From the NCBI GenBank assembly GCA_965227775.1, contig OZ245777.1, forward strand, positions 1,056,001 through 1,120,000: a stretch of DNA of 64,000 nucleotides, read 5' to 3'. Positions 39,649-49,013 of this stretch are shown here, one piece after another; position 1 is the stretch's first letter; each line of letters begins with the position of its first letter. The position numbers and the translations under genes are program-made. This stretch comes from Phycisphaerales bacterium (lineage in GTDB: Bacteria; Planctomycetota; Phycisphaerae; Phycisphaerales; UBA1924). Under the pieces are notes generated by a model. The model saw only the letters and a list, made by a program, of their open reading frames with translations, was not told the DNA's origin and searched no databases.

Positions 39649-41247
39649 CTACGCCCCGGCGCCTACGGGCTCGGCGTCCTTCGTGCCACTCTTCTTGTTC
39701 CGAAGCCAGTCGCCGCTGAACGCCTTGAGGGCCTCGTCGAGCTCGGTGTTGATCTCGTCGGTCAGCTTGCGCTCGGTATCGATCTTGTCCCACAGCGGCT
39801 TGTAGCTGGTCTGGAAGGCCTCGAGCAGGTCCTTCTCGAACTGGCGGACGTCGGTGAGCGCCACCTCGTCGAGGTAGCCCCGCGTGCCTGCGAAGATCGA
39901 GATGACCTGGTCGACCACGTGGAAGGGCGTGAACTCGGGCTGCTTGAGCAGCTCGACCATTCGCGCACCGCGGTCGAGCTGGTTCTGCGTCGCCTTGTCG
40001 AGCTCGGTACCCAGCTGGGCGAAGGCCTCGAGCTCGCGGAACGCGGCAAGGTCCAGGCGAAGCGAGCCGGCGATCTTCTTCATCGCGCCGATCTGGGCCG
40101 CACCACCCACGCGGCTCACCGAGATACCCACGTTGATGGCCGGGCGAACACCCGAGAAGAACAGCTCGGGCTCAAGGTAGATCTGGCCATCGGTGATCGA
40201 GATCACGTTGGTCGGGATGTACGCCGACACGTCGCCTTCCTGCGTCTCGATGATGGGCAGGGCGGTCAGGCTGCCGCCGCCGTTCTCGTCGCTCAGCTTG
40301 GTGGCGCGCTCCAGCAGGCGGCTGTGGAGGTAGAACACGTCGCCGGGGTAGGCCTCGCGGCCGGGCGGGCGACGCAGGAGCAGCGAGAGCTGGCGGTACG
40401 CGACGGCCTGCTTGCTCAGGTCGTCGTACACCAGCAGGGCGTGCTTGGGCGTCTTGCCTTCCTTGCCCTGCCACATGAAGTACTCGCCCATCGCGCAGCC
40501 CGAGTACGGCGCGACGTACTGCATCGGGGCCGGGTCGGAGCTTGCGGCGTTGACCACGATGGTGTAGTCCATCGCGCCGTGGCGGCGGAGCTTCTCGACG
40601 ACGCTGGCGACGGTCGACTCCTTCTGGCCGACGGCGACGTAGATGCAGACCACCGCGTCGTCGGTGCCCCAATACTGCTTCTGGTTGATGATCGCGTCGA
40701 TGCAGACGGCGGTCTTGCCCGTCTTGCGGTCACCAATCACCAGCTCGCGCTGGCCGCGACCCACGGGGATCATCGCGTCGACGGCCTTGACGCCGAACTG
40801 CAGCGGCTCGCTCACCGGCTGGCGGTCGGCGATGCCCGGCGCGATGATGTCGACCTTGCGATACTCGGCGGCCTCGATGGCCGGGCCGTCGTCGAGCGGG
40901 CGGCCGAGCGGGTCGACCACGCGGCCCAGCAGGCCCTCGCCCACGGGAACTTCCAGCAGGCGGCCGGTGCTCTTGACCAGGTCGCCTTCCTTGACCTTGA
41001 GGTAGTCGCCGTAGATGACAGCGCCGACGGTGTCCATCTCCAGGTTCATGACCTGGCCCATGACGGCGCCGCCCTCGCTCTGGAACTCGAGCAGCTCGCC
41101 GGCCATGGCGTTGGCCAGGCCGTAGACGCGGGCGATGCCGTCGCCGACCTCGACCACGCGGCCGACCTCGGAGACCTCGAGCTCGTTGGCGTATTGCTCG
41201 AGCTCGGTACGGATGACGCTGGCGATCTCGTCGGTTCGGATCTTCAC
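39649..41247 (-). CDS. atpA: F0F1 ATP synthase subunit alpha
   Basis: [66 protein letters not shown] start (VKIRTDEI) inferred. Confidence 0.97.
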   Translation of the reverse strand: MKIRTDEIASVIRTELEQYANELEVSEVGRVVEVGDGIARVYGLANAMAGELLEFQSEGGAVMGQVMNLEMDTVGAVIYGDYLKVKEGDLVKSTGRLLEVPVGEGLLGRVVDPLGRPLDDGPAIEAAEYRKVDIIAPGIADRQPVSEPLQFGVKAVDAMIPVGRGQRELVIGDRKTGKTAVCIDAIINQKQYWGTDDAVVCIYVAVGQKESTVASVVEKLRRHGAMDYTIVVNAASSDPAPMQYVAPYSGCAMGEYFMWQGKEGKTPKHALLVYDDLSKQAVAYRQLSLLLRRPPGREAYPGDVFYLHSRLLERATKLSDENGGGSLTALPIIETQEGDVSAYIPTNVISITDGQIYLEPELFFSGVRPAINVGISVSRVGGAAQIGAMKKIAGSLRLDLAAFRELEAFAQLGTELDKATQNQLDRGARMVELLKQPEFTPFHVVDQVISIFAGTRGYLDEVALTDVRQFEKDLLEAFQTSYKPLWDKIDTERKLTDEINTELDEALKAFSGDWLRNKKSGTKDAEPVGAGA

Positions 41248-41397
41248 GGCGGGCTGTCCCTTTATCAAGAAGGCGTCGCGCGAGCCATCGGCCACCACCG
41301 CCGGGCTCACGGGAGGAAACGGGTGCCAAGGGTAGCGGCGCTGGGCCCGATTGTCTCGGCCGCACGAGGGTTCGAACGCAGGCCTCCCGGCGGCGCA

Positions 41398-41628
41398 GCG
41401 GGCGCCCCGGACGCTCGGTCGGCGTGCCCAGATGCCACCTTTGGCAACCCAAAGACTCCATCCGGGATGCCTGAATCCATGTTTGGCAGCGCAGATGCCT
41501 TCTCAGGGATCCCAAACATTGTCTCTGGGGCCCCAGACATCGTGTCAGGCATGGCAAACACTGCCTCAGCCATGCCAAACACTGTCTCAGGCATGCCAAA
41601 CATCGTCTTTGGCATCCCAAACATAATG
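41398..41628. repeat. Degenerate 21-bp tandem repeat (about 11 units) built on a palindromic core
   Basis: Units e.g. TCAGGGATCCCAAACATTGTC (41503), TCAGGCATGCCAAACATCGTC (41587), TTTGGCATCCCAAACATAATG (41608); exact 21-bp phase; outer units more degenerate. Confidence 0.85.
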
Positions 41629-41844
41629 TCGAGCGAGCGATATCCGGACCTCGCCAGGCCCAAAACCCGCCTGCGAGGCCGATTTCTTGTTCCGAGGCCC
41701 CTGTTCGGGTGTTTCGGGGCCCGTTCGCAACCCGGGAACACCCGCGCCGAACTTCTCGGGATCTTGTTTTGGGACTCGCGGCCCCGTGTGGTAGATTGGA
41801 AGGAGCGGGCCGTGCCATCCCGCACCCGACTCGGGAGACCATGC

Positions 41845-42441
41845 ATGCCTCGTCGAGCCCCAGCCAACTTCGCCGCCCCGTGCCTCGCCGCCGCCGCGCT
41901 CACCCAGGCCGCCCTCGCGCAGGCCGCTATCACGATCGACGTCGACCAGCCGACCCTGCGGCCCGGCGAGAGCACGAGCGTGACGCTCACTGCGAGCTTT
42001 CCGACTCGGGACTGGGCGATGGCCGGCGTCTTGACGGACTTTGTCACTTCGGTCGGCGGCGAGGGCTGGAGCGACGCGAGCGTCGTCGCGCCCATGAACG
42101 GACCCGGCACGTCGGCAGGCGAAGCCTCGGCCGCCGGTTGGGACGGCATCCTCGCCGGGCAGCTCCAGACCCACGACATCTTCGCCGACCCGACGAATCC
42201 GATTGCCTTCTGGACCATCACATACACCGCGCCCAGCGACGTCGCCGCACCGTTCGATATCGATCTCTCGACGATGACGAGTTGGTACAACGTGTATGTC
42301 TCGGATTCTTCAAGCTTCGTCGAGTCCCGCTTCGACGAGTTAGTCGAGGCCTCGGGCACCATCCGCGTCATCCCCGCGCCGGCCTCGATCGTCGTCCTCG
42401 TCCTGGGCGCGGCGTGCGTCCGCCGCCGCCGCCGCCGCTGA
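41845..42441 (+). CDS. PEP-CTERM-type surface protein, cohesin-like paralog 1 (type A)
   Basis: Signal peptide; AITIDVDQPTLRPGESTSVTL...ADPTNPIAFWTITYTAP...TIRVIPAPAS + TM + RRRRRR. Confidence 0.85.
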   Translation: MPRRAPANFAAPCLAAAALTQAALAQAAITIDVDQPTLRPGESTSVTLTASFPTRDWAMAGVLTDFVTSVGGEGWSDASVVAPMNGPGTSAGEASAAGWDGILAGQLQTHDIFADPTNPIAFWTITYTAPSDVAAPFDIDLSTMTSWYNVYVSDSSSFVESRFDELVEASGTIRVIPAPASIVVLVLGAACVRRRRRR

Positions 42442-42465
42442 GCCCCAACCGGAGAAGAGAGCACC

Positions 42466-43050
42466 ATGCAACGCATCTCAAACATCGCGACAGTCGCAAC
42501 TCTTACCTGCGCCTCCACCGCCCTCGCCCAGCTGGCCATCACGATCGAGGTCGATGACCCGGTGCTGATGCCCGGTGAGAGCACCGTCGTGACCCTACTC
42601 GGTGGGTACGACGCACCCGATTTCGCTGTGGCGGGCATCGCAACGAGCCTGGTGACATCCGTCGGGAGCGAGGGGTGGGGCGACGCCATGGTCCTCTCGC
42701 CGATGAGTGGCCCCGGCACCTCGGCCGGCGTGCCCGGCCTCACGGGGATCGACGGCATCGTCGCCGGGCAGCTCCAGTTTGCGGGAGCGGGCATTGCGGC
42801 CGACCCGACGAATCCAATCCGATTCTGGCAAGCGACGTACACGGCCCCCACTGACCTGTTGGTGCCGTTTGAGATCGATCTCTCGACCATGACTTCACGC
42901 TATGACGTGTATCTCGAGATCTTCGTGGGCACATCCGAATCCCGTCTGGACGACCTCACCGAAGGCGCCGCCACCATCCGCGTCATCCCCGCGCCGGCGT
43001 CGGCGCTCATCCTCGCGCTGGGCGCGTGCGCCGTGCGTCGCCGCCGTTAA
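42466..43050 (+). CDS. PEP-CTERM-type surface protein, cohesin-like paralog 2 (type B)
   Basis: Same architecture; IPAPASALILALGACAVRRRR. Confidence 0.88.
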   Translation: MQRISNIATVATLTCASTALAQLAITIEVDDPVLMPGESTVVTLLGGYDAPDFAVAGIATSLVTSVGSEGWGDAMVLSPMSGPGTSAGVPGLTGIDGIVAGQLQFAGAGIAADPTNPIRFWQATYTAPTDLLVPFEIDLSTMTSRYDVYLEIFVGTSESRLDDLTEGAATIRVIPAPASALILALGACAVRRRR

Positions 43051-43074
43051 TCGATGAATCAAGGAGCAACCACC

Positions 43075-43653
43075 ATGCTGCGCACCGCGACACTCATCAT
43101 CCTGGCCGCCACGTCCACCACCCTCGCCCAGGCGGCCATCACGATCGACATCGACCAGCCCACACTGCTGCCGGGCGAGAGCACGAGCGTGACGCTGCTG
43201 GCCGGATTCCCCACTCGGGACTACGCCATGGCGGGCCTGGGCACGAACTTGGTCACCTCCGTCGGCAGCGAGGGCTGGAGCGACGCCATGCGCGTTGCGC
43301 CAATGGACGGACCGGGCACATCGGCGGGCATGGCCTCGGCCACGGGCTGGGACGGCATCATCGCCGGCCAGCTCAACTTCCCCGCGACCGGCGGCATCTT
43401 CGCCGACCCGACGAACCCGATCGCCTACTGGACGGTCACCTACACGGCGCCCTCCGACGTGGCCGCGCCGTTCGACATCGACCTGTCGACGATGACGAGT
43501 CGGTACGACGTGTACATCTGGAGGGACAGCGGCACCTCCGAGTCTCGCCTTGCCGAACTGGTCGAGGGCTCGGGCACCATCCGCGTCATCCCTGCCCCGG
43601 CGTCGGCGCTCGTGCTTGCGCTGGGTATGGGCGCGATGCGTCGGCGGCGTTGA
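43075..43653 (+). CDS. PEP-CTERM-type surface protein, cohesin-like paralog 3 (type A)
   Basis: AAGGAG upstream; same architecture; IPAPASALVLALGMGAMRRRR. Confidence 0.88.
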   Translation: MLRTATLIILAATSTTLAQAAITIDIDQPTLLPGESTSVTLLAGFPTRDYAMAGLGTNLVTSVGSEGWSDAMRVAPMDGPGTSAGMASATGWDGIIAGQLNFPATGGIFADPTNPIAYWTVTYTAPSDVAAPFDIDLSTMTSRYDVYIWRDSGTSESRLAELVEGSGTIRVIPAPASALVLALGMGAMRRRR

Positions 43654-43677
43654 GGCCCGAGGCGAAGGAGCCCCGCC

Positions 43678-44256
43678 ATGATCCGAGCATCAACCATCGC
43701 CGTCCTCTCGTGCGCCACCGCGACGCTGGCGCAGCCGGCCATCACGATCGATGTTGAGAACCCGGTGCTCCTGCCCGGTGAGAGCACAACAGTGACGCTG
43801 TTCGCCGGGTTTGATCCGAGCGACTATGCGATGGCCGGGGTCGCGACCGATCTCCTCATTTCGATCGGCAGTGCTGGGTTTAGCGACCGGACACTGCTTC
43901 AGCCACTCGACGGACCCGGAACGAGTACCGGCACGCCGTCGGCTATTGGCTTCGATGGCATCATCGGCGGGCAGATTCACTTTCCAGGCGGCGCGGGCAT
44001 CTTCGCCGATCCGATCAACCCCGCGCCGTTCTGGCAGATCACGTACACCGCGCCTGTGGATGTTGCGATACCGTTCGACATCGAACTTTCCACGATATCG
44101 AACAAATACGACGTCTATATAGCCATGGATAGCGGCACTCCGGAAACGCGCCTTGCCGAATTGACCGAGGGAGCCGCCACCATCCGCGTCGTCCCCGCCC
44201 CGGCATCCTCACTCGTGCTTGCCGCGGGCATGGCCGGCGTGCGCCGCCGGCGTTGA
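43678..44256 (+). CDS. PEP-CTERM-type surface protein, cohesin-like paralog 4 (type B)
   Basis: AAGGAG upstream; same architecture; VPAPASSLVLAAGMAGVRRRR. Confidence 0.88.
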   Translation: MIRASTIAVLSCATATLAQPAITIDVENPVLLPGESTTVTLFAGFDPSDYAMAGVATDLLISIGSAGFSDRTLLQPLDGPGTSTGTPSAIGFDGIIGGQIHFPGGAGIFADPINPAPFWQITYTAPVDVAIPFDIELSTISNKYDVYIAMDSGTPETRLAELTEGAATIRVVPAPASSLVLAAGMAGVRRRR

Positions 44257-44274
44257 GGACGCGCTGATGCCGGC

Positions 44275-45072
44275 TCAGTCGCGGGTCGTCGCGTCGATCC
44301 ACTCGCGGATGGCGCTGACCGAGGTGGCGTGCGTCGTGTCGCCGTATGTGCCGATGTTGTCCGTCGCGGTATCGATGGCACCGATGATGCCGATGAGCGT
44401 CCAGCCGTCCTTGGTCTGAGAGAGCACCGGGCCGCCGCTGTCGCCGACGAACGCCGACGACTCGTGCGTGGTCGCCGTTTCGTCGTCTGGGGCGCTGAAC
44501 GAAATGATCAGCTCGTTGCGTTCGGCGTCGACGCGGTCGACGCGGTTCGTGCCCGCGTGCTTCACGCCCCGCGGCATGCGGTTGGCCTCGCGCGGCGGCA
44601 CGCCCTCGCTGGTTGTCGAGACGAAGCTGCCCACGCCGACGATCGTGATCTCGGGCTGCGCCGCATCGAAGGCGCCCAGCGTGATGGGCTCGACCGACCC
44701 GACCACCTCCACAAGGTGCAGTAACGCGACGTCGCCCGGCGAGAACAGATCGTCCTTGCCGCGATTGGCCATCTGCTGCTCCAGCGGCGTCCAGTCCGGG
44801 TGGATCTCGACGCGATCGACCGTGAACTCGCGACCGTCGTCGAGGGCGAAGACGATCGGCGTGCGATTCTGCAGGCGGAGGGCGTCGGCCACGTGGGCCG
44901 CGGTCACGACCCAGTCGTCGTCGATCAGGGTGCCCGTGCCCACGCCGCCCACGGTGCCAACGGCCGCGAACGGCTGGGCCATCTCGGCGTGCGCGTCGCT
45001 GGTCGCCTCGGAGGGTCCGACGATGGCAAGGGCGCACGCGCTGAAGAAGTACAAGACAAGCTGAAAGACCAT
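44275..45072 (-). CDS. Secreted trypsin-like serine protease (S1)
   Basis: WVVTAAHV, GDVALL, GDSGGP catalytic motifs; signal peptide. Confidence 0.9.
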   Translation of the reverse strand: MVFQLVLYFFSACALAIVGPSEATSDAHAEMAQPFAAVGTVGGVGTGTLIDDDWVVTAAHVADALRLQNRTPIVFALDDGREFTVDRVEIHPDWTPLEQQMANRGKDDLFSPGDVALLHLVEVVGSVEPITLGAFDAAQPEITIVGVGSFVSTTSEGVPPREANRMPRGVKHAGTNRVDRVDAERNELIISFSAPDDETATTHESSAFVGDSGGPVLSQTKDGWTLIGIIGAIDTATDNIGTYGDTTHATSVSAIREWIDATTRD

Positions 45073-45200
45073 GGAGTCTCCCCGGGAGGTAGGGCCGTTG
45101 GTTGCGGCGGGGTTGGTTGGTGTCGGCCGGACGGCCGCTGCACTGGTAGTCGGGATTCGCCCGCCCGCGTTTCAGTCCTCTAGCCACCTACAACAGACCC

Positions 45201-46343
45201 ATGCTTTGGCTCGTGCTGGCCCTGGGTGCGGTGGCCCTGCTCGTGGCGTTTGTCGCCACGTGGCTCGCCACGCGGCTGGGCCGCCGGCTGAACACGCTCG
45301 ACGCCGCGGGCGTCGCGGGACAGGTGAAGGCCGACCCGAGGCGCGTGCCCAACATCGGCGGCATCGGCGTCGTGGCCGGCCTGCTCGTGCCCATCGTCGG
45401 AGCGCTCGTGCTCGCACCGATGGTCGATGGCCCGCACCGCGAGCTGACCGATCCGTCGGCGGTCATCCTCGACGCCGTGGTCCTCATCGCGGCCATCCTT
45501 CTGCTGCACGTGCTCGGCCTTGTCGATGACCGCAAGCCATTGGGCCCCTGGCTCAAGATGGGCCTGATGGCCCTGCCCGCGGTTGCCATCCCGCTGCTGA
45601 CCGACTCGCGATTGCTGACGCTGCTCGACCAGTACCCGGGCGGCGAGATCGCGAGCGTTGCCATCACCGCGCTCTGGCTTCTGGCGATGACCAACGCGCT
45701 GAACTTTCTGGACAACATGGACGGCCTGGGCGCCGGCATCGCCGCCATCGCGGGGGCGTTCCTGACGATCGCGATGCTCATGGCCGGCCAGTGGTTCGTT
45801 GCGGGCCTGAGCGCGTGCGTGGTGGGGGCGTGCCTGGGCTTCCTCCCGCACAACTTCCCGAAGGCCCGCGTCTTCATGGGCGACGGCGGATCGCTGGTGC
45901 TCGGGTTCGTGCTGGGCTTCCTGAGTGTGCGGGGGACATATGTCACTGTCGATTCGCCGATCGCCGGCACGCGATCCAATGAACCGCTTATGGTCGGCAT
46001 CGTCGAACCGACGATCACCTGGTGGGCGGTGCTGCTGCCCGTGCTGGTGCTCGCCGTGCCGCTGTACGACCTGGCCACGGTCGTCGGCCTGCGCCTCAGC
46101 CAGGGCAAGAGCCCACTGGTGGGGGATCTGCAGCACGTCAGCCACCGCTTGGCCGATCGCGGATTGGGCCGGCGCGGCGCCGTGCTCGTGCTCTGGGCCT
46201 TCGGCATGATCGCCGGCGCCTCGGGCTTGCTGCTGCTCACCGTGAACGCCACCGGAGCCATCATCATCGGCGTGCAGGCGGCCGTGCTGATGGCGGTGCT
46301 GGGCGTGCTGGAGTTCTGGCCCAGGGGCAAGGCGCATGGATGA
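45201..46343 (+). CDS. MraY/WecA-family polyprenyl-phosphate sugar-phosphotransferase
   Basis: VPNIGGI, GLVDD, TNALNFLDNMDGL, NFPKARVFMGDGGS, HVSHRL; multi-TM. Confidence 0.92.
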   Translation: MLWLVLALGAVALLVAFVATWLATRLGRRLNTLDAAGVAGQVKADPRRVPNIGGIGVVAGLLVPIVGALVLAPMVDGPHRELTDPSAVILDAVVLIAAILLLHVLGLVDDRKPLGPWLKMGLMALPAVAIPLLTDSRLLTLLDQYPGGEIASVAITALWLLAMTNALNFLDNMDGLGAGIAAIAGAFLTIAMLMAGQWFVAGLSACVVGACLGFLPHNFPKARVFMGDGGSLVLGFVLGFLSVRGTYVTVDSPIAGTRSNEPLMVGIVEPTITWWAVLLPVLVLAVPLYDLATVVGLRLSQGKSPLVGDLQHVSHRLADRGLGRRGAVLVLWAFGMIAGASGLLLLTVNATGAIIIGVQAAVLMAVLGVLEFWPRGKAHG

Positions 46344-48615
46344 GCGGGCGCGCACGAGCGGCTTGGTTCGCGGCCTGACAATCGTCATCGCCCTGCTCGC
46401 CTGCGTGCGCGCGCTCATGGCGTTCGATCCGATGCCGGGTTGGGGGCTCGATCCCTACACCATCGCCGCGCCCGCCGGCGCCTTTGGTCCGCGAGAGGCG
46501 GCGCTGTTCGACGTGCTGACGATTTTGCTGAGCGGCCTTGTGCTCCTGCTCGCGCCGCCGCCGCGCTGGAAGCAGTGGGCCTGTTGGGCCGTGGCGCTCG
46601 CGCTCGTTGGCGTCGTCGGGCTCTTGCACGGATTGCCCGACGGGCCGAGGCAGGCCGATCTCTCGCCTGCGCTCGCGTGGCTGGCGGCGCTCGCCGGCGC
46701 GGGCGGCCTGGCACGCGGCTGCGCGGATGTCGGCACGCGCCGCATCGTTACCGCGCTGGTGGCCGGGCTGACAGCAATGCTCGTGACAAAGGGCCTGGTG
46801 CAGTTGCTTATCGAGCATCCCGCGACCGTTGCCCAGTTCGAAGACGACGAGGCACGCATGCTCGCAGCCCAGGGGCTCGAGCCCGGCACGTCCGGGGCCC
46901 GCGCTTTCGAGCGGCGCTTGCGCCAGCCCGAGATCACCGGCTGGATCGGCTTCTCGAACGTCGTCGCCTCATTCCTGGCCGCGGGCGGCGTGCTGCTGGC
47001 GGCCATCGCCGTCTCGGCGCGCCGCTGGGCGGCACTCGTCGCGGGCATCGGCGCGCTCGTCTCGCTGGGCCTGGTCGTCTATGGCGGCAGCAAGGGCGCG
47101 ATGGCCGCCGGCGTGCTCGGGCTCTCGTGCATCGCGATTGGTCGATTCGCGCCGGCGCGCTGGCGAGAGGGCCCGATGCGTGCGCGCATCGCCGGCGTGC
47201 TCGCGCTCGCCGTTGTCATCGGGCCGATCCTTGCGCTCATCGCGCGCGGCATGGTGGGCGAGCGCGTGGGCGAGCTGAGCCTGCTCTTTCGGTGGTTCTA
47301 CGTCGAGGCGTCGACGCGCATCGCGATCAACAACCCGCTGTTCGGCGTTGGCCCCGGCGGATTCAAGGATGCTTACGCTGTCGCGAAGGATCCGATCAGC
47401 CCGGAGAACGCCGCCAGCCCGCACAGCGTGGTGTTTGACGCGATGGCAACGATGGGTGTCGTTCTCGGGATCGTCGCGCTCGCGTTGCTTTTGTTCGCGG
47501 CGTGGCGGGCGGCAAAGGCGTTGCAGGAGCAACCTGAGGAAACCGAGGACGCCGAGCGTGTCCCCCGCCTCGCGCTCGTGGCTGGGCCGGCGATGGCGGT
47601 AGTCATCGGCGTGCGGTTCGAGCTGGAGTCCGTCGGCGGCCTGACGCCGGGGTTGGCCATCGCGTGGATCGGCGGTCTCGCGGGCTGGGTGGCGATCGCC
47701 ATCGCGGCATGGCACGCGCCAGTCAGGGCCGTCGTGCTGGGCGCGGGTGCGGCCGCGCTCGTACTGATCGCGCATGGGCAGATCGAGATGACGCCGGTGC
47801 TCGTTGGGAGCGCCTCGCTGTGGGCGGCGTGGTTGGCGATCGCGGTCGCGAGAGACAGCACCGAAGCAGGAGCTCCAACCGGACCGGGTCGCCTCGTTGG
47901 GGCGGTTCCTGCGCTCACGGCTCTTGTGGTCGCGGTGCTGGCGTTGCCGGGTGTCTGGGCGTGGCAGTCGGCCGTCGAGCGGGCCGCCGCAGCCGCGCGC
48001 CGGCCGGCGGAGTTCGGGGCTGTTCTCCAGGCCAGCGGCGGAGACCCCAGGGTCGTCCGGGCCGTGGCCGAGCAGGTATCAGCCGAGATCGGACGGTCCG
48101 TCGGGCCCGCGAATCTGGCGGCGGGGTTAGCGGTGCTGGGTCGGCAGTCCTCGCTCGCGGCGGCGAATGAGGCGGATCGGGCGGTGCAGGCGGCCCCGGC
48201 GGACGGCCCAACGCTGCGGATGGCCGCTCGCGCTTGGCTGGTGGTCGCTCTGGCAGGCGACGACGCTTCAGCGGAACGAGCACTCGCGCTCTCCCAGCGA
48301 GCGACCGAGAGCGAGCCGGCTTCGGCCCAGAACTTCAGCCATCGCGCCACCGTGCTGGCGGCCCTGAATCCCGATGGCTCGCGGACGGCCGACGTGCTCG
48401 AGGCCTTGGCCAGTGCGGAGGCCCTGAACCCGGCCAGCCCGCAGCTCAAGTTCCGGCAGTTCCAGATCGCCCGCGATGCCGGTCTCGATGCCCGGGCCCT
48501 GGGCAGCGCAGGAGCTGCGCTCGAAGCCGACGAGCGGATGCGGCTCGACAGGCTCGGGGCCGGGCTCAACGAGGAGCAGATCGCCGAGATCAGGGGCTAT
48601 CTGGACGCTCGCTAG
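46336..48615 (+). CDS. O-antigen ligase-like membrane protein with C-terminal TPR-like region
   Basis: GSKGA, SLLFRWFY, PLFGVGPGGF, SPHSVVFD; many TM helices; overlaps upstream gene. Confidence 0.82.
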   Translation: MDERARTSGLVRGLTIVIALLACVRALMAFDPMPGWGLDPYTIAAPAGAFGPREAALFDVLTILLSGLVLLLAPPPRWKQWACWAVALALVGVVGLLHGLPDGPRQADLSPALAWLAALAGAGGLARGCADVGTRRIVTALVAGLTAMLVTKGLVQLLIEHPATVAQFEDDEARMLAAQGLEPGTSGARAFERRLRQPEITGWIGFSNVVASFLAAGGVLLAAIAVSARRWAALVAGIGALVSLGLVVYGGSKGAMAAGVLGLSCIAIGRFAPARWREGPMRARIAGVLALAVVIGPILALIARGMVGERVGELSLLFRWFYVEASTRIAINNPLFGVGPGGFKDAYAVAKDPISPENAASPHSVVFDAMATMGVVLGIVALALLLFAAWRAAKALQEQPEETEDAERVPRLALVAGPAMAVVIGVRFELESVGGLTPGLAIAWIGGLAGWVAIAIAAWHAPVRAVVLGAGAAALVLIAHGQIEMTPVLVGSASLWAAWLAIAVARDSTEAGAPTGPGRLVGAVPALTALVVAVLALPGVWAWQSAVERAAAAARRPAEFGAVLQASGGDPRVVRAVAEQVSAEIGRSVGPANLAAGLAVLGRQSSLAAANEADRAVQAAPADGPTLRMAARAWLVVALAGDDASAERALALSQRATESEPASAQNFSHRATVLAALNPDGSRTADVLEALASAEALNPASPQLKFRQFQIARDAGLDARALGSAGAALEADERMRLDRLGAGLNEEQIAEIRGYLDAR

Positions 48616-48628
48616 GCGTGCCTGTCGC

Positions 48629-48656
48629 TTGACGGAACGGCCTGGGGTTCTAGCAT
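48629..48656 (+). promoter_or_regulatory. Sigma70-like promoter upstream of fusA
   Basis: TTGACG-N16-TAGCAT. Confidence 0.5.
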
Positions 48657-49013
48657 TACGCTTCGGCCCACGGCTTCCGTGGCCGCCGGTGGTGATGGTG
48701 TGCGGTCAGGGCGTTGTTCGAGACCACGCCATGGGCGAGGGCCCAGGGCGACGGGATCGCTGCTCTCGGCGGCGGCACTCCGGCGGCCGGCGATCCGGGC
48801 CGAACGATTCGAGTTTCGAGACAGAGGCATCGGTCTGGAGGGGCGTAGCCCCAAGGCCGATGAGTACCAGATAACCAGGGCCCATCCGAAGCTTCGGGCG
48901 GGCAGCCGATCATGGATTCCGAGCGCGTGCTCGGGTCGGGTGATGGGTGATGGAATTGCTCATTCGTTCGCCCGACTGGCGAGCGAGCAGACCGAGGACA
49001 CGAGGACGACGCC

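Noticed and set aside
41398..41628. CRISPR array interpretation of the 21-bp repeat
   Set aside because: Units are contiguous with no unique spacers and no cas genes in the window
39919..42441. 840-aa plus-strand ORF spanning atpA
   Set aside because: Antisense to atpA for most of its length; only the part from ATG 41845 has a signal peptide and paralogs
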